Shown one piece after another: positions 9,369-19,044 of a DNA stretch of 64,000 nucleotides. Every line of letters starts with the position of its first letter. Position 1 is the first letter of the stretch. Position numbers and translations under genes: made by a program. The notes under the pieces were generated by a model. The model did no database searches, was not told where the DNA came from, and was given only the letters and a program-made list of their open reading frames with translations. Source of the DNA: Candidatus Altiarchaeota archaeon (lineage in GTDB: Archaea; Altiarchaeota; Altiarchaeia; IMC4; SCGC-AAA252-I15); contig JAZDNF010000009.1 of assembly GCA_043800255.1 (NCBI GenBank), positions 224,001 through 288,000 on the forward strand, read 5' to 3'.

Positions 9369-10247
9369 TTGTACATGGAGGGTAAAGAGTTCGAGCGGAA
9401 AGCGTCCGTAATAATAGTCCTCACCATAGTGGCTTTCGCAGTTGGCTACTATGTCATCAACCCGGACACGAGCTACAAGCATAATGAGAGGATTGCCGGC
9501 GTGAGCGTGAAATCTAACATCCCCCTGGAAGACCTCTCAGGATGGGATGACATCGGCCTCCTGAAATCCGACGACCTCGCCATACTGGCCTGCAACTTCG
9601 AGCTCTCGGCAGTCTCTGGAACGCCCGTCTCAAGGGAGTATATTGTAAACGTCGAGAAGGGCGAGCAGGGAGTCTACGTCGAGAACAGGGCAAACGCTTA
9701 CATCAGAGGCATGAACTCTTCAGAACTCCTAGACGCATGCCACGTGTTCGCATGCCTGATAAGCAACGTCTCATGCTCTGACAAATTCCTGGACATAGAC
9801 ACCATATTCTGGAACACGAACGCCATCAACGTAATAATAGACGGCAACATCAGCGGACCGGGCACGAGAGCATACGCTGAACTCCTGGGGCCGATAGCCT
9901 TCTACCAGGCCCAGCATGCTGACATCAACAGGGATGGGATATTCCAGAATGAGGAAATCCTAGAAAACGACGTCTTCATAATCGCGTACATAAGGGAGGG
10001 CGACGTCTGCGCGATACAGCCGATGACCAACGCAATCCAGAAGGTGAACGCATCAAACGAGACTGTCGACTGCGACCTCGTCAAACCCGCGATTGTCCTG
10101 GAGGAGTCGCCAGCGAACGAGATACGAATCATAGGAGACAATACAGTATACCTGTACGGCAATGCAGAGAGACTGCACGCTGAGGCGATAATAATCGGGG
10201 ACATAATAGCGCCAGCCTGGAACCTCAGATTCCACGGGGTAGAATAG
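9369..10247 (+). CDS. Secreted or membrane-anchored hypothetical protein with an EF-hand-like loop
   Basis: N-terminal TM segment; DINRDGIFQNEE loop; several Cys and N-x-S/T sequons. Confidence 0.6.
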   Translation: MYMEGKEFERKASVIIVLTIVAFAVGYYVINPDTSYKHNERIAGVSVKSNIPLEDLSGWDDIGLLKSDDLAILACNFELSAVSGTPVSREYIVNVEKGEQGVYVENRANAYIRGMNSSELLDACHVFACLISNVSCSDKFLDIDTIFWNTNAINVIIDGNISGPGTRAYAELLGPIAFYQAQHADINRDGIFQNEEILENDVFIIAYIREGDVCAIQPMTNAIQKVNASNETVDCDLVKPAIVLEESPANEIRIIGDNTVYLYGNAERLHAEAIIIGDIIAPAWNLRFHGVE

Positions 10248-10250
10248 AGC

Positions 10251-10445
10251 CTACTTGAATTTTTTCTTTGATGAGGGTTTCCCCTCGATACCCCAGTGCT
10301 CTCTTGGAACCTCGTTCAGGAGGACGAAAACAGCCTTCGCCGGTGCGCCGGTCGTCTTGCAGACGGCCTCAGTAACGTCCCCTATGAGAGCCTCCTTCTG
10401 CTCGAATGTGAGGCCCTCCCACAGGTCTATCTTCACTATTGGCAT
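10251..10445 (-). CDS. 4-oxalocrotonate tautomerase family protein
   Basis: Catalytic Pro at the N-terminus (MPIVKI), EQKEALI, WGIEG. Confidence 0.9.
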   Translation of the reverse strand: MPIVKIDLWEGLTFEQKEALIGDVTEAVCKTTGAPAKAVFVLLNEVPREHWGIEGKPSSKKKFK

Positions 10446-10489
10446 GAAAGTTCACCTGTTATTTTATTCCGCCGCCATAGTTAAATAGG

Positions 10490-11458
10490 ATGGGAGTAAA
10501 TCTCAGGGACATAATACCCCAGAGGAGCCTCGAGTTCGAAGAGCTTAGGGGGAAGGTCATCGCAGTAGACGCATTGAACAGCCTCTACCAGTTTCTGGCG
10601 TCCATACGGCAGGCTGACGGCACGCCGCTAATGGACTCAAACGGGAATGTGACTTCCCACCTGTCAGGCCTCTTCTACAGGACAGGCAGGCTGCTCAAGC
10701 TCGGGATCAAACCGATTTACGTCTTCGACGGGAAGCCGCCTTCCATAAAGAGGGGGGAAATAGACAGGAGAATGCAGTTGAAGAGGGAGGCTCAGATGGA
10801 GTGGGAGAGGGCCAAGGTCGAGGGTAGGATCGAAGACGCGAAGAAGTTCGCTAAGAGGACCTCGAAACTGACAGATGAGATGAAGGAGGACTCGAAGAAG
10901 CTTCTGGGATGCATGGGAGTCCCCTACGTTCAGGCGCCCTCCGAGGGGGAGGCGCAATGCGCTCACATGGTCACACGGGGAGATGCCTGGGGTGTCGGCA
11001 GCCAGGACTATGATTCCATACTCTTGGGCGCTCCGAAGCTGGTGAAGGGCCTGACCCTGAGCGGGACCCTGGAGCTTTCCCTCATCGAGCTGGAGGATGC
11101 GCTGAAGCAGAACGGGATAACGAGGGAACAGCTTATAGACGTCGCGATACTCGTGGGGACGGACTTCAACGACGGCGTCAGGGGCATCGGCCCCAAGAAG
11201 GGCCTCAAGATGGTGAAAGAGGGCAGGTTGGGGGAACTCGACCTTGACTTTGACATCGACGTCGTCAGAAAAATCTTCCTCAATCCTGATATTTCAGACG
11301 ACTACAGTATAGAGTGGAACAGCGTTGACGTCGACGGACTTGTGAGGATACTGTCCGAGAAGCATGACTTCTCCGAGGAGAGGGTCAGAAAAACCGCGAA
11401 TGAGATGACAGAATCGAGAAAGGAGATGTCCCAGCAAAACCTTGACAAATGGTTCTAA
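10490..11458 (+). CDS. fen: Flap endonuclease 1
   Basis: AVDALNSLYQFL, VFDGKPP, SEGEAQ, SQDYD, GTDFN, C-terminal PIP box QQNLDKWF. Confidence 0.97.
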   Translation: MGVNLRDIIPQRSLEFEELRGKVIAVDALNSLYQFLASIRQADGTPLMDSNGNVTSHLSGLFYRTGRLLKLGIKPIYVFDGKPPSIKRGEIDRRMQLKREAQMEWERAKVEGRIEDAKKFAKRTSKLTDEMKEDSKKLLGCMGVPYVQAPSEGEAQCAHMVTRGDAWGVGSQDYDSILLGAPKLVKGLTLSGTLELSLIELEDALKQNGITREQLIDVAILVGTDFNDGVRGIGPKKGLKMVKEGRLGELDLDFDIDVVRKIFLNPDISDDYSIEWNSVDVDGLVRILSEKHDFSEERVRKTANEMTESRKEMSQQNLDKWF

Positions 11459-12216
11459 TCCTTAGGCAGAACCGTTACGTTGACGCTCTCGTTGCCTAAG
11501 CTGTCTCTGATGCTCTTCTCCAGGCTCTTCCGCCTGCTCTCGGCCATGTCAACGTCCTTGTAACACTGATTTCTGACGTCGGAGTCGGAGATGAGATTGC
11601 ACACTTGCGGGTCAAACTTCTTGGGTGCAACGACCAGATAGCATTGGTCTATCACGCGGGTGGAGTTTATCTTCCCGCAGTCGAGGACCTTCTGGTAGCA
11701 CCAGTCCCTGCCGTTCTGGTTCTCTATCAGGGCGCAATAATTGGAGTCCGTGTTTATTATCGCCAGGCATCTGAACTTGGAGCTGTTGGCGTTGATGCTC
11801 TCGCATGTCTCGTTCCTCTTCTCATAGATGGCTGCCGAGAAGTAGCACTCGTCCCTCTTGACCTCCTCGGATATCCTCAGGCAGATTCTCGAGTTCTTCA
11901 GCTTCTGCGCCAGGAACTTGAAGCACTCGTCAGCCTCGTACGTGTTCTTCACCTGAGTGCACGTTGACGGGTTGTCAGTTACGAACGCGACCTCCCTGAT
12001 GCAGTTGTCCCTCCACAGGTCTACCGACACATCATCGCATACGCTCACGTTGCCGGTTTCAGAGGCATAGTCTATCAGGCACTTGTCCTTGTCAGGCTGG
12101 CCGAGGGTCTCACACGGTTTCAGCGTTGTTGTGGTCGACGCCGGCGTGCCTTCGTTGCAGCCTGCGGTCAGCACGACACCAACCATGATGATGACAAGAC
12201 ATGTGTTAAATTTCAT
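11455..12216 (-). CDS. Lipoprotein-like Cys-rich repeat protein
   Basis: LTAGC lipobox, Thr linker, about 8 repeats of D-x-C-Y/F...C-x-x-I. Confidence 0.75.
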   Translation of the reverse strand: MKFNTCLVIIMVGVVLTAGCNEGTPASTTTTLKPCETLGQPDKDKCLIDYASETGNVSVCDDVSVDLWRDNCIREVAFVTDNPSTCTQVKNTYEADECFKFLAQKLKNSRICLRISEEVKRDECYFSAAIYEKRNETCESINANSSKFRCLAIINTDSNYCALIENQNGRDWCYQKVLDCGKINSTRVIDQCYLVVAPKKFDPQVCNLISDSDVRNQCYKDVDMAESRRKSLEKSIRDSLGNESVNVTVLPKD

Positions 12217-12253
12217 CCTAAGAATATTGCAAAATCAGCATAAAAGCAAAAAA

Positions 12254-12703
12254 CTAGCCTCCCCTGCAGAAGTTCAAGGCGAACTCCCCGCAGCCCTCCC
12301 TGCCGCTTGCAACGGACGGCGCGCAGTTCGGGTCGACGCATATCCCACCAGAGTTTCGTACTAGGCCCTTCTGGCATTCTCCGCTGTTGCGGCAGGCTTC
12401 CTCGCCCAAGCCGCCGCAGACTGTCGTCGTCGGCCTCACTGACGTCGTAGTGGGGACTGACGTCATCACATACACTGTTGAAGTTGACACTATAGAAGTC
12501 GATGTCGATGTCACGCTGGTTGACGTAGTGTACGTCCTAACCTGGGATTGGGGGTCGTTCTCGGCCTTGGATGCGACATAGGCTGCGACGCTGACCGCCA
12601 CTCCAACGCTGCCCATCAGGAATACAACCAGCAGGATCAGTATCAGGGTGACATTCCCGCTCTTTTGCTCTTTCTTGGTCTTCTTTTTAGCCTGCAGGGT
12701 CAT
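12254..12703 (-). CDS. Single-TM protein with Thr/Ser stalk and small Cys-rich C-terminal domain
   Basis: Basic N-terminus, TM helix, TTSTS-rich linker, 7 Cys in the last about 55 aa. Confidence 0.65.
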   Translation of the reverse strand: MTLQAKKKTKKEQKSGNVTLILILLVVFLMGSVGVAVSVAAYVASKAENDPQSQVRTYTTSTSVTSTSTSIVSTSTVYVMTSVPTTTSVRPTTTVCGGLGEEACRNSGECQKGLVRNSGGICVDPNCAPSVASGREGCGEFALNFCRGG

Positions 12704-12763
12704 GACGGAGTATATTATACACTGGATTTATATAAAAAGTGGGGTGACCTGGAGGAAAGCGCC

Positions 12764-12994
12764 TTACAGCTTAAGAGCCGCTTTTATGGCTTTCTCGTCG
12801 AATCCGACGATGATCTTGCCGCCGATTTCGAAGACTGGCACGCCCATCTGGCCTGACTTTTTGACCATCTCCCTGGCCTTCTCCTGGTTGGAGCCGACGT
12901 CTATGTCCTCGAATTTGACGTTGTTCGCCTTCAGAAACTCCTTCGCCTTTTTGCACCACGGGCATGTCGGCGTCGAGTACACTTTAACGTCCAT
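12764..12994 (-). CDS. Glutaredoxin (NrdH-like)
   Basis: Start MDVKVYS at 12994; CPWC; GQMGVPV; GFD. Confidence 0.92.
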   Translation of the reverse strand: MDVKVYSTPTCPWCKKAKEFLKANNVKFEDIDVGSNQEKAREMVKKSGQMGVPVFEIGGKIIVGFDEKAIKAALKL

Positions 12995-13039
12995 CGTCCA
13001 ATAATACGAACACTGGTATAAAAATCGTGAAACCGAATA

Positions 13040-14122
13040 TTGAACATGATCCTGTCGATTGCCGCTTTCCTTGCAGGCCTGATACTCCTCGTGAAAGGCA
13101 GCGACTTTCTGGTGGAGTCTGCGACGAGGATAGCGCACTATCTTGGCGTGTCTGACCTGGTCATAGGTCTGACATTGGTTGCTGTCGGAACCTCGCTGCC
13201 GGAGCTGGGCTCCTCTATCGCAGCTGTGTTGAAAGGCAACCCAGGCATAGCGACAGGCAACATTGTTGGAAGCAACATAGCTAATATTGGTCTGATCTTG
13301 GGCCTGACCGCTTCGCTCAGAGGATTGAGCATACGGCCTGAAATGTTCAAGCGCGACGGCATTATAATGGTAGGCATTACAGTATTGTTTTTGGTCTTCG
13401 CGCTTGATGGCACCATTAATACGGTGGAGGGGATGATGCTGCTCCTGATGTTTTCAGCATACACTCTCTTCCTTTTCGAGTATAAACCCAGGTTCGAGAG
13501 ATTTTATAGATTCAAGAAATATTTTGGAGAATATTTCAAATTCAAAAACCTGTCGCACCGTATGAGGATCATCGACAGAATCAGTGACAGGATCCCAGAC
13601 GACCTGATCAGGGGGGTGTTGAATCCTAGGACATACCACAGGGTTACCATGAGAGTGTTGAGGAATGTGAAGGAGGGCATCGTAAGAGAGCTTTGTATTA
13701 TGATGATAGGCAGTCTGGCGGTGTTGATTGGTGCAGATTATCTGGTAAACGGTGCTGTGGAGATTGCCAACTACTTTGGAGTTCCAGACGTGATAATTGG
13801 GCTTACAATCGTCGCGATGGGGACTTCACTCCCGGAGCTTATGGTCTCGCTGAGTTCAGTGAAGAAGGGGTATGATAACCTTCTTGTGGGTAACCTGATA
13901 GGGAGCAACATAGGGAACATGACGTTGATAGGCGGCCTGTCAGCCGTCCTCGCGGGCTTGCCTATCGACAACCTGACGATGCGTTACACGCTGCCCGCAA
14001 TGCTGGCTTTTGCCGTTGTGTGCGTAGTATTCCTGAGAAGCGGCGAGAGGGTAACGAGAGTTGAAGGTGCCCTGCTGCTGGTAGGGTATGCTGTCTTTAT
14101 GGGTTCTGTTTTGTCTGCGTGA
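13040..14122 (+). CDS. Calcium/sodium antiporter (YrbG/CaCA family)
   Basis: Two GTSLPE alpha-repeats and GN(I/L)(V/I)GSNI motifs. Confidence 0.93.
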   Translation: MNMILSIAAFLAGLILLVKGSDFLVESATRIAHYLGVSDLVIGLTLVAVGTSLPELGSSIAAVLKGNPGIATGNIVGSNIANIGLILGLTASLRGLSIRPEMFKRDGIIMVGITVLFLVFALDGTINTVEGMMLLLMFSAYTLFLFEYKPRFERFYRFKKYFGEYFKFKNLSHRMRIIDRISDRIPDDLIRGVLNPRTYHRVTMRVLRNVKEGIVRELCIMMIGSLAVLIGADYLVNGAVEIANYFGVPDVIIGLTIVAMGTSLPELMVSLSSVKKGYDNLLVGNLIGSNIGNMTLIGGLSAVLAGLPIDNLTMRYTLPAMLAFAVVCVVFLRSGERVTRVEGALLLVGYAVFMGSVLSA

Positions 14123-15362
14123 ACCTGTGGATTATGAGGCCTGAGAGCGCCTTGGGATAGAAGTAGGTTGACTTCTGGGGCATCCTCTCCCCTTTGTCAG
14201 CGACCTTCCTGATTTCGTTCATCTTTGTCGGCCTCAAAAAGAAGGCGACCTCGTAATCGCCTCCATCAACGTGCTTGAATGCCTTCCGTGTGTCCTTCGC
14301 GAACGCTATCCTCCTCTCGCTCTCGCTGTCAGACCGTATCCCGAACGCCTTGTCGATGATCAGCCGGTTGAATACTGTGACATCAAGCTGGTTCCACTCC
14401 TCTGATCTGTCCTTGACGAACGCCTTCTTCAGCGGTTCTGGTTTAGGCTTTAGTATGCTGTAGCCTTTATCGTGGTACATGCCGTAGACGTTATCAGCCT
14501 TCTCGTTCTCCAGCCGCTGGAAGAACTTGCCGGCATCGCATGCTTCCATCGTAAAATACGTGGACAGTTTCTGCATCTGCTCCTCGGTCACTTCCCGTAT
14601 CACCCTGTGCGCAGGCAGCACAGTAAGGTCGTCGTCCATGTTCAGGAGGAGCATCATGATATAGCCATCTGAGCTCTCAGGATGCCTTTCATAGTATCTG
14701 AGCGCTGTGGTGTACCTGTGGTGGCCGTCTGCGATGTATATTCTCTTGTCTTTGAGAAAGTCTTTGAGCCTTTTGATCCTGGCATCATCATCCACCTTCC
14801 AGAGGGTGTGTTCGACGCCGTCGCCGTCCTTCACCTTAATGAAAGGCTCTCCCACACTCTCCTGCAGCATCCTCTTTGTCTTGAGTTCTGGGTCGGAGTA
14901 GGCTGACATTATGGGGCTCGTGTCAGCATGGCACGCTTTTATCAGATTGTACCTGTCTTCCATCTGCTTGGGCAGCGTCTTCTCGTGGGGGAGCACTATC
15001 TTCTTCTCGAACGGCTCCAGCTTCACAAGCGCTATGAAGCCGAGGTTGCTCTTCCTTTTGCCGTTGGCTAGAGCGTATTCCATCTCGTAGGCGTAGAATG
15101 ACCGCTTGTCATCCTCCATCAGTATTGCGTCAGCAATCAGCTTTCTCATGAAGTCGGCTGCCCTGGTGTACCTGTTGTCTTTGCCGCTGTCGCCTTTGAG
15201 GACCTTTCCCAGTATCAGGCGGATGACGTTGTATTCCGAACTCCGGTAGTATTCTTCCTGGCCTTCGGGAGATATGACGTCATGTGGCGGCGCAATGACC
15301 TTCTCCAGTTCGACCTTCTCTGGGTTGTAGTACCATCCTTTGAATGGTTTCACGTCAGCCAT
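14097..15362 (-). CDS. DUF1015 family protein
   Basis: Start MADVKPFKG at 15362; APPHDVI, PHEKT, IADGHHRY, MPQKSTYFYPK. Confidence 0.9.
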   Translation of the reverse strand: MADVKPFKGWYYNPEKVELEKVIAPPHDVISPEGQEEYYRSSEYNVIRLILGKVLKGDSGKDNRYTRAADFMRKLIADAILMEDDKRSFYAYEMEYALANGKRKSNLGFIALVKLEPFEKKIVLPHEKTLPKQMEDRYNLIKACHADTSPIMSAYSDPELKTKRMLQESVGEPFIKVKDGDGVEHTLWKVDDDARIKRLKDFLKDKRIYIADGHHRYTTALRYYERHPESSDGYIMMLLLNMDDDLTVLPAHRVIREVTEEQMQKLSTYFTMEACDAGKFFQRLENEKADNVYGMYHDKGYSILKPKPEPLKKAFVKDRSEEWNQLDVTVFNRLIIDKAFGIRSDSESERRIAFAKDTRKAFKHVDGGDYEVAFFLRPTKMNEIRKVADKGERMPQKSTYFYPKALSGLIIHRFTQTKQNP

Positions 15363-15407
15363 GAAGTTAAAAACATAGAACAACAGAATAAATACTATAC
15401 CAGAAAG

Positions 15408-15884
15408 ATGAGGGATGTCAGGGTTTTCAAAGTGGGGGAGAAGAACTCCCTGTGCAGCTGGCACAGGATACGGAATCCGCTGAGGGTGACCTTCAACTTT
15501 ATCGTCATATCCATTGCCCGGATACTGCCCAGCCTGACGCTCAAGAGGACGCTCCTAAGGCTTACGGGCATGAGAATAGGAAAGGACGTCTCAATCGGCC
15601 TTTACGCGATGTTCGACATATTCTTCCCGGAGTTGATAACCTTGGGCGACAACAGCGTGCTGGGTTACAATTGCACCATATTATGCCATGAGTTCCTCGT
15701 CGATGAGTACCGTATCGGAGAGGTCGTCATCGGCAGGAACGTGATGGTCGGCGCCAACACCACAGTCCTGCCTGGAGTAACCGTCGGAGACGGCGCAGTA
15801 GTATCGGCCTGCTCCCTCGTCAACAAGGACGTCGAAGCAGGCGACTCTGTAGGAGGAGTTCCTATCCAGATGATAAGGAGATGA
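15408..15884 (+). CDS. Hexapeptide-repeat acyltransferase (YvoF-like)
   Basis: MFDIFFPELITLG, GYNCTILCHE, GANTTVLPGV, GGVP. Confidence 0.85.
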   Translation: MRDVRVFKVGEKNSLCSWHRIRNPLRVTFNFIVISIARILPSLTLKRTLLRLTGMRIGKDVSIGLYAMFDIFFPELITLGDNSVLGYNCTILCHEFLVDEYRIGEVVIGRNVMVGANTTVLPGVTVGDGAVVSACSLVNKDVEAGDSVGGVPIQMIRR

Positions 15885-16462
15885 TAAAATTCAACAAGAC
15901 CCTGTTCTGGCTGATTGTGTGCGCTAACCTTGGGGGCGCCCTCTTCGGGTTCACAGCCTACTATGGGGGCCAGCTTAAGGACACACCAACGTTGCTACGA
16001 ATTTTCGTTCCAGACTGCCCTTTCTACGCCCTCCTCTTCGGCATATGCTTGGGACTGCTCCACTTCCGCGTGAAGAACGACCTGCTCTACTATCTCATAT
16101 CAGTTGGCGCAGTAAAGTACGGCTTCTGGACCGTCTTCGTGCTCATCAGGTATTCCGACTTCTACTTTCAACCTGGTCTGAAGCTCATGTACGCCCTGAT
16201 ATTCTTGGGGCACATCGGCTTGTTCCTGGAGCCGGTAATGCTCTTAGGGAGGGTCAAAGTGGGGTGGCATTTCATATTCCCAGCCCTGCTCTGGTATCTG
16301 CTGAACGATTATGTCGACTATGTTTTTGGAACCTATCCGCCGCTTCCGTCAGACAGCCTCGCGTTCATGTTTCCCGCGTCAGCGCTCATGTCAGTTTTCT
16401 TCTCGCTTGCAGTCTACATAATCTACGGCAGATTCAGGGAGAAGGCTGTCAGCTGGGATTGA
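15881..16462 (+). CDS. DUF1405 membrane protein
   Basis: NLGGALFG, FVPDCP, KYGFWT, NDYVDY; multiple TM helices. Confidence 0.8.
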   Translation: MIKFNKTLFWLIVCANLGGALFGFTAYYGGQLKDTPTLLRIFVPDCPFYALLFGICLGLLHFRVKNDLLYYLISVGAVKYGFWTVFVLIRYSDFYFQPGLKLMYALIFLGHIGLFLEPVMLLGRVKVGWHFIFPALLWYLLNDYVDYVFGTYPPLPSDSLAFMFPASALMSVFFSLAVYIIYGRFREKAVSWD

Positions 16463-16463
16463 C

Positions 16464-17420
16464 TCACTTGAAGTGGTCGTATCCGCCGCCCAATGGGATT
16501 ATCCTCTTGTCGAGTATGAGCAGCTTCTCCTTCTTGGAGGTTATCCTCCCGATCACGGTTATCGGCAGCTTCGCCTTAATCTTCTTCAGGTCTTCCTCTG
16601 GGATTGTGAACACGAGCTCGAAGTCTTCTCCGCCTCTGAGGGCGTACTCCACCGGGTCAGCTCCAAGCTGGGAGGCCGCCTCGACCGTCTTCTCTGAGAC
16701 GGGAATCTTCTCCTTGTAGACTTCAACCCCCACTTTGCTCTCATCGCATATGTGCCCCAAATCGGGGGCGAGGCCGTCTGAGACGTCTATCATCGCGTTG
16801 CAGTATTTTGATATCTCTCTAGCCTCGTCCAGCCTTGCCTTCGGCTCCAGATGGGCCAGAGTGTATCCTTTTTTGCCGGCCTTGAGAAGCTCTAAGCCTG
16901 CTGTCGACTTCCCGAGGTCTCCTGTGACGCATACAAGGTCTCCGGCTTTGGCGTCAGACCTCAACGAGAGTCTGCTCTTCTCGACTTCGCCGGTCATTGT
17001 AATGTTAATCACGACCTTTTCGCCGTGTGTGGTGTCCCCCCCTATTATCCTGACGCCATATTTCTTGCACACCCAGTTCATCCCCTTGTACAGTTCGTCC
17101 ACGAATTCGACCGTCGTCTGTGGCGTGAGGCACAATGATATCAGCATGTACTTCGGCAGCCCGCCCATGGCAGCTATGTCCGACACGTTCACCTCGACCG
17201 CCTTCATGCCAACCTGGTAGGGAGTGTGCCATCTCAATGAGAAGTGGTCTTCTTCTACGAGCATGTCAGTCGTCAGCAGCAGATATTTTGCACCCCTGCC
17301 TTTCAGCACCGCGCAGTCGTCGCCTACGCCCACGACGACATTATCGTCGGTGAACCTCCGCGTCTCCCGGTCAATCAGCTTGAATTCGCCGCCGATGTCC
17401 CTGATCTTCAGCTTATCCAC
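16464..17420 (-). CDS. thiL: Thiamine-monophosphate kinase
   Basis: GEF, GDDCA, TTDMLVE..HF, NVSDIAAMGG, GGDT, DVSDGL, GGEDFEL; probable GTG start at 17420. Confidence 0.95.
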   Translation of the reverse strand: MDKLKIRDIGGEFKLIDRETRRFTDDNVVVGVGDDCAVLKGRGAKYLLLTTDMLVEEDHFSLRWHTPYQVGMKAVEVNVSDIAAMGGLPKYMLISLCLTPQTTVEFVDELYKGMNWVCKKYGVRIIGGDTTHGEKVVINITMTGEVEKSRLSLRSDAKAGDLVCVTGDLGKSTAGLELLKAGKKGYTLAHLEPKARLDEAREISKYCNAMIDVSDGLAPDLGHICDESKVGVEVYKEKIPVSEKTVEAASQLGADPVEYALRGGEDFELVFTIPEEDLKKIKAKLPITVIGRITSKKEKLLILDKRIIPLGGGYDHFK

Positions 17421-18364
17421 CTCTTCGTCTTGAACTCGTAGCCTTCCCTCCTCCCTTTGGAAAGCCACTCTACTATTTCTATGTTCTGCGTATTAAGCTT
17501 ACCGTCCAGGAGGTTCAGAATCTTCTCGAAGTTTTTTCCCCTGACATCGTATGCTTCGACGCCCATGATCCTGGTAGTGCCTTTCAACCTGACAATCTGG
17601 CCTTGGGGGAATTTGCCGGTCTGCTGAGCCTCAATCAGCCATCCCATGACCGTGTCCTCCGCGTCCTCCGGGATGAAGCCGCTCTCATACCCTAATGCCT
17701 TTGAGAATGCGTTCACAATCTTTTCAGCGCCCTCGCTGGCGCTGCTTACCCTCAGTCTCTTCCAGTCCCAATCAAGTATTATCTCAGACGAGCTTAGAGC
17801 ATAGCTGACAGTTCTGACATCCTCCCTGAAGACTCCTCTCCCTGTGTGCCTGACGACGAGCAGAATATTATCCCCGCCCTTTTGGACGTCAGCCAGGAAC
17901 GCGTCCCTCCTGAACTCCCTGAGCAGCGCGGTCTTGAGCGCGTTTTTCATCTTCTCCATCGGCTTCCTCTCGAACCTCGCCTTCTCCTTCCGCTCCCAGA
18001 ACTTCCATTTTCTGGTGTTCTCCGCCCTGGCGAGCGTGTGCGCCCTTGCCAGGGCTTCAGGCTTCCTCAGCCATATCTTCAATGCTATGGCCTCCCTGCC
18101 GTCGCCTGAGCGGACCATCACGCCAACCTCGGACGCTAGCCCCTCCAGCCGCCTCAGGGTGAGTCCCTCCCTGAGGTACAATACGTTCACAAGCTCCTCG
18201 CACAGTTTCGGCTTTAACAGGATATGCTCAACCAGCTGCTCCCGGCTCTTTGTGGGAATGCTTATCCTCTTCCCCTGGAGGAAGCGTTCCAAATCCATGA
18301 GCCGGTAGATTTCAAGCCTTCTCCTGACCTCGCTCCGCGGCAGGTCCAACGACAATTCCATCAT
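17408..18364 (-). CDS. Hypothetical basic protein
   Basis: 318-aa ORF co-oriented with and overlapping the thiL start; no recognised motif. Confidence 0.6.
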   Translation of the reverse strand: MMELSLDLPRSEVRRRLEIYRLMDLERFLQGKRISIPTKSREQLVEHILLKPKLCEELVNVLYLREGLTLRRLEGLASEVGVMVRSGDGREAIALKIWLRKPEALARAHTLARAENTRKWKFWERKEKARFERKPMEKMKNALKTALLREFRRDAFLADVQKGGDNILLVVRHTGRGVFREDVRTVSYALSSSEIILDWDWKRLRVSSASEGAEKIVNAFSKALGYESGFIPEDAEDTVMGWLIEAQQTGKFPQGQIVRLKGTTRIMGVEAYDVRGKNFEKILNLLDGKLNTQNIEIVEWLSKGRREGYEFKTKRWIS

Positions 18365-18404
18365 AAGAAATTCTCTTTTAATTTCTTAAAAGCAATAAAA
18401 GAAC

Positions 18405-19040
18405 GTGGACAAGTACACGAAGCCTAACCTGGGGAGCTCATGCCTGCTCACAATCGACGTCCAAAACGATTTCTCCCTCCCAGGGGCAGTCTGCGAGATA
18501 AAGGGTACGTATGATGTCATCCCGAACATCGTCAGGCTGCTGGAGGCTTACAGGCTGGCGGGGAAGCCGATAATACACGTTGTCAGGTTATACAAGGGAG
18601 AGGGGAGCAACGTCGACCCCTGCAGGAGGGCGAAAGTGGAGGAGGGTTTGAACGTTGTCAGGCCTGGCAGCGTCGGCGCTGAATTGGCAGACGCGCTGAA
18701 GCCGTCTCCTGACGTCAGACTGGACGCAGATAAACTGTTGGAGGGGAGGGTCCAAGAGATTGCAGAAAATGAGTTCATAATCTACAAGCCCAGGTGGGGT
18801 GCGTTCTATAATACGCCGCTGGAGAAGAAGCTGCGGGAGCTTGATGTCGACACCCTCGTATTCTGCGGATGCAATTTCCCGAACTGCCCGAGGACTTCCA
18901 TCTACGAGGCCAGCGAGCGGGACTTCAGGCTGGTACTCATCGGAGACGCCGTCTCGCAGCTTTATGACAGGGGAGTTGAGGAGCTGAAAAGAATCGGCGT
19001 GGAAGTGCTGAACACCAAAGAATTTCTGCGGATGCTCTAG
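18405..19040 (+). CDS. Isochorismatase-family cysteine hydrolase
   Basis: IDVQNDF, YKPRWGAF, FPNCPR (Asp-Lys-Cys triad). Confidence 0.9.
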   Translation: MDKYTKPNLGSSCLLTIDVQNDFSLPGAVCEIKGTYDVIPNIVRLLEAYRLAGKPIIHVVRLYKGEGSNVDPCRRAKVEEGLNVVRPGSVGAELADALKPSPDVRLDADKLLEGRVQEIAENEFIIYKPRWGAFYNTPLEKKLRELDVDTLVFCGCNFPNCPRTSIYEASERDFRLVLIGDAVSQLYDRGVEELKRIGVEVLNTKEFLRML

Positions 19041-19044
19041 CAGC

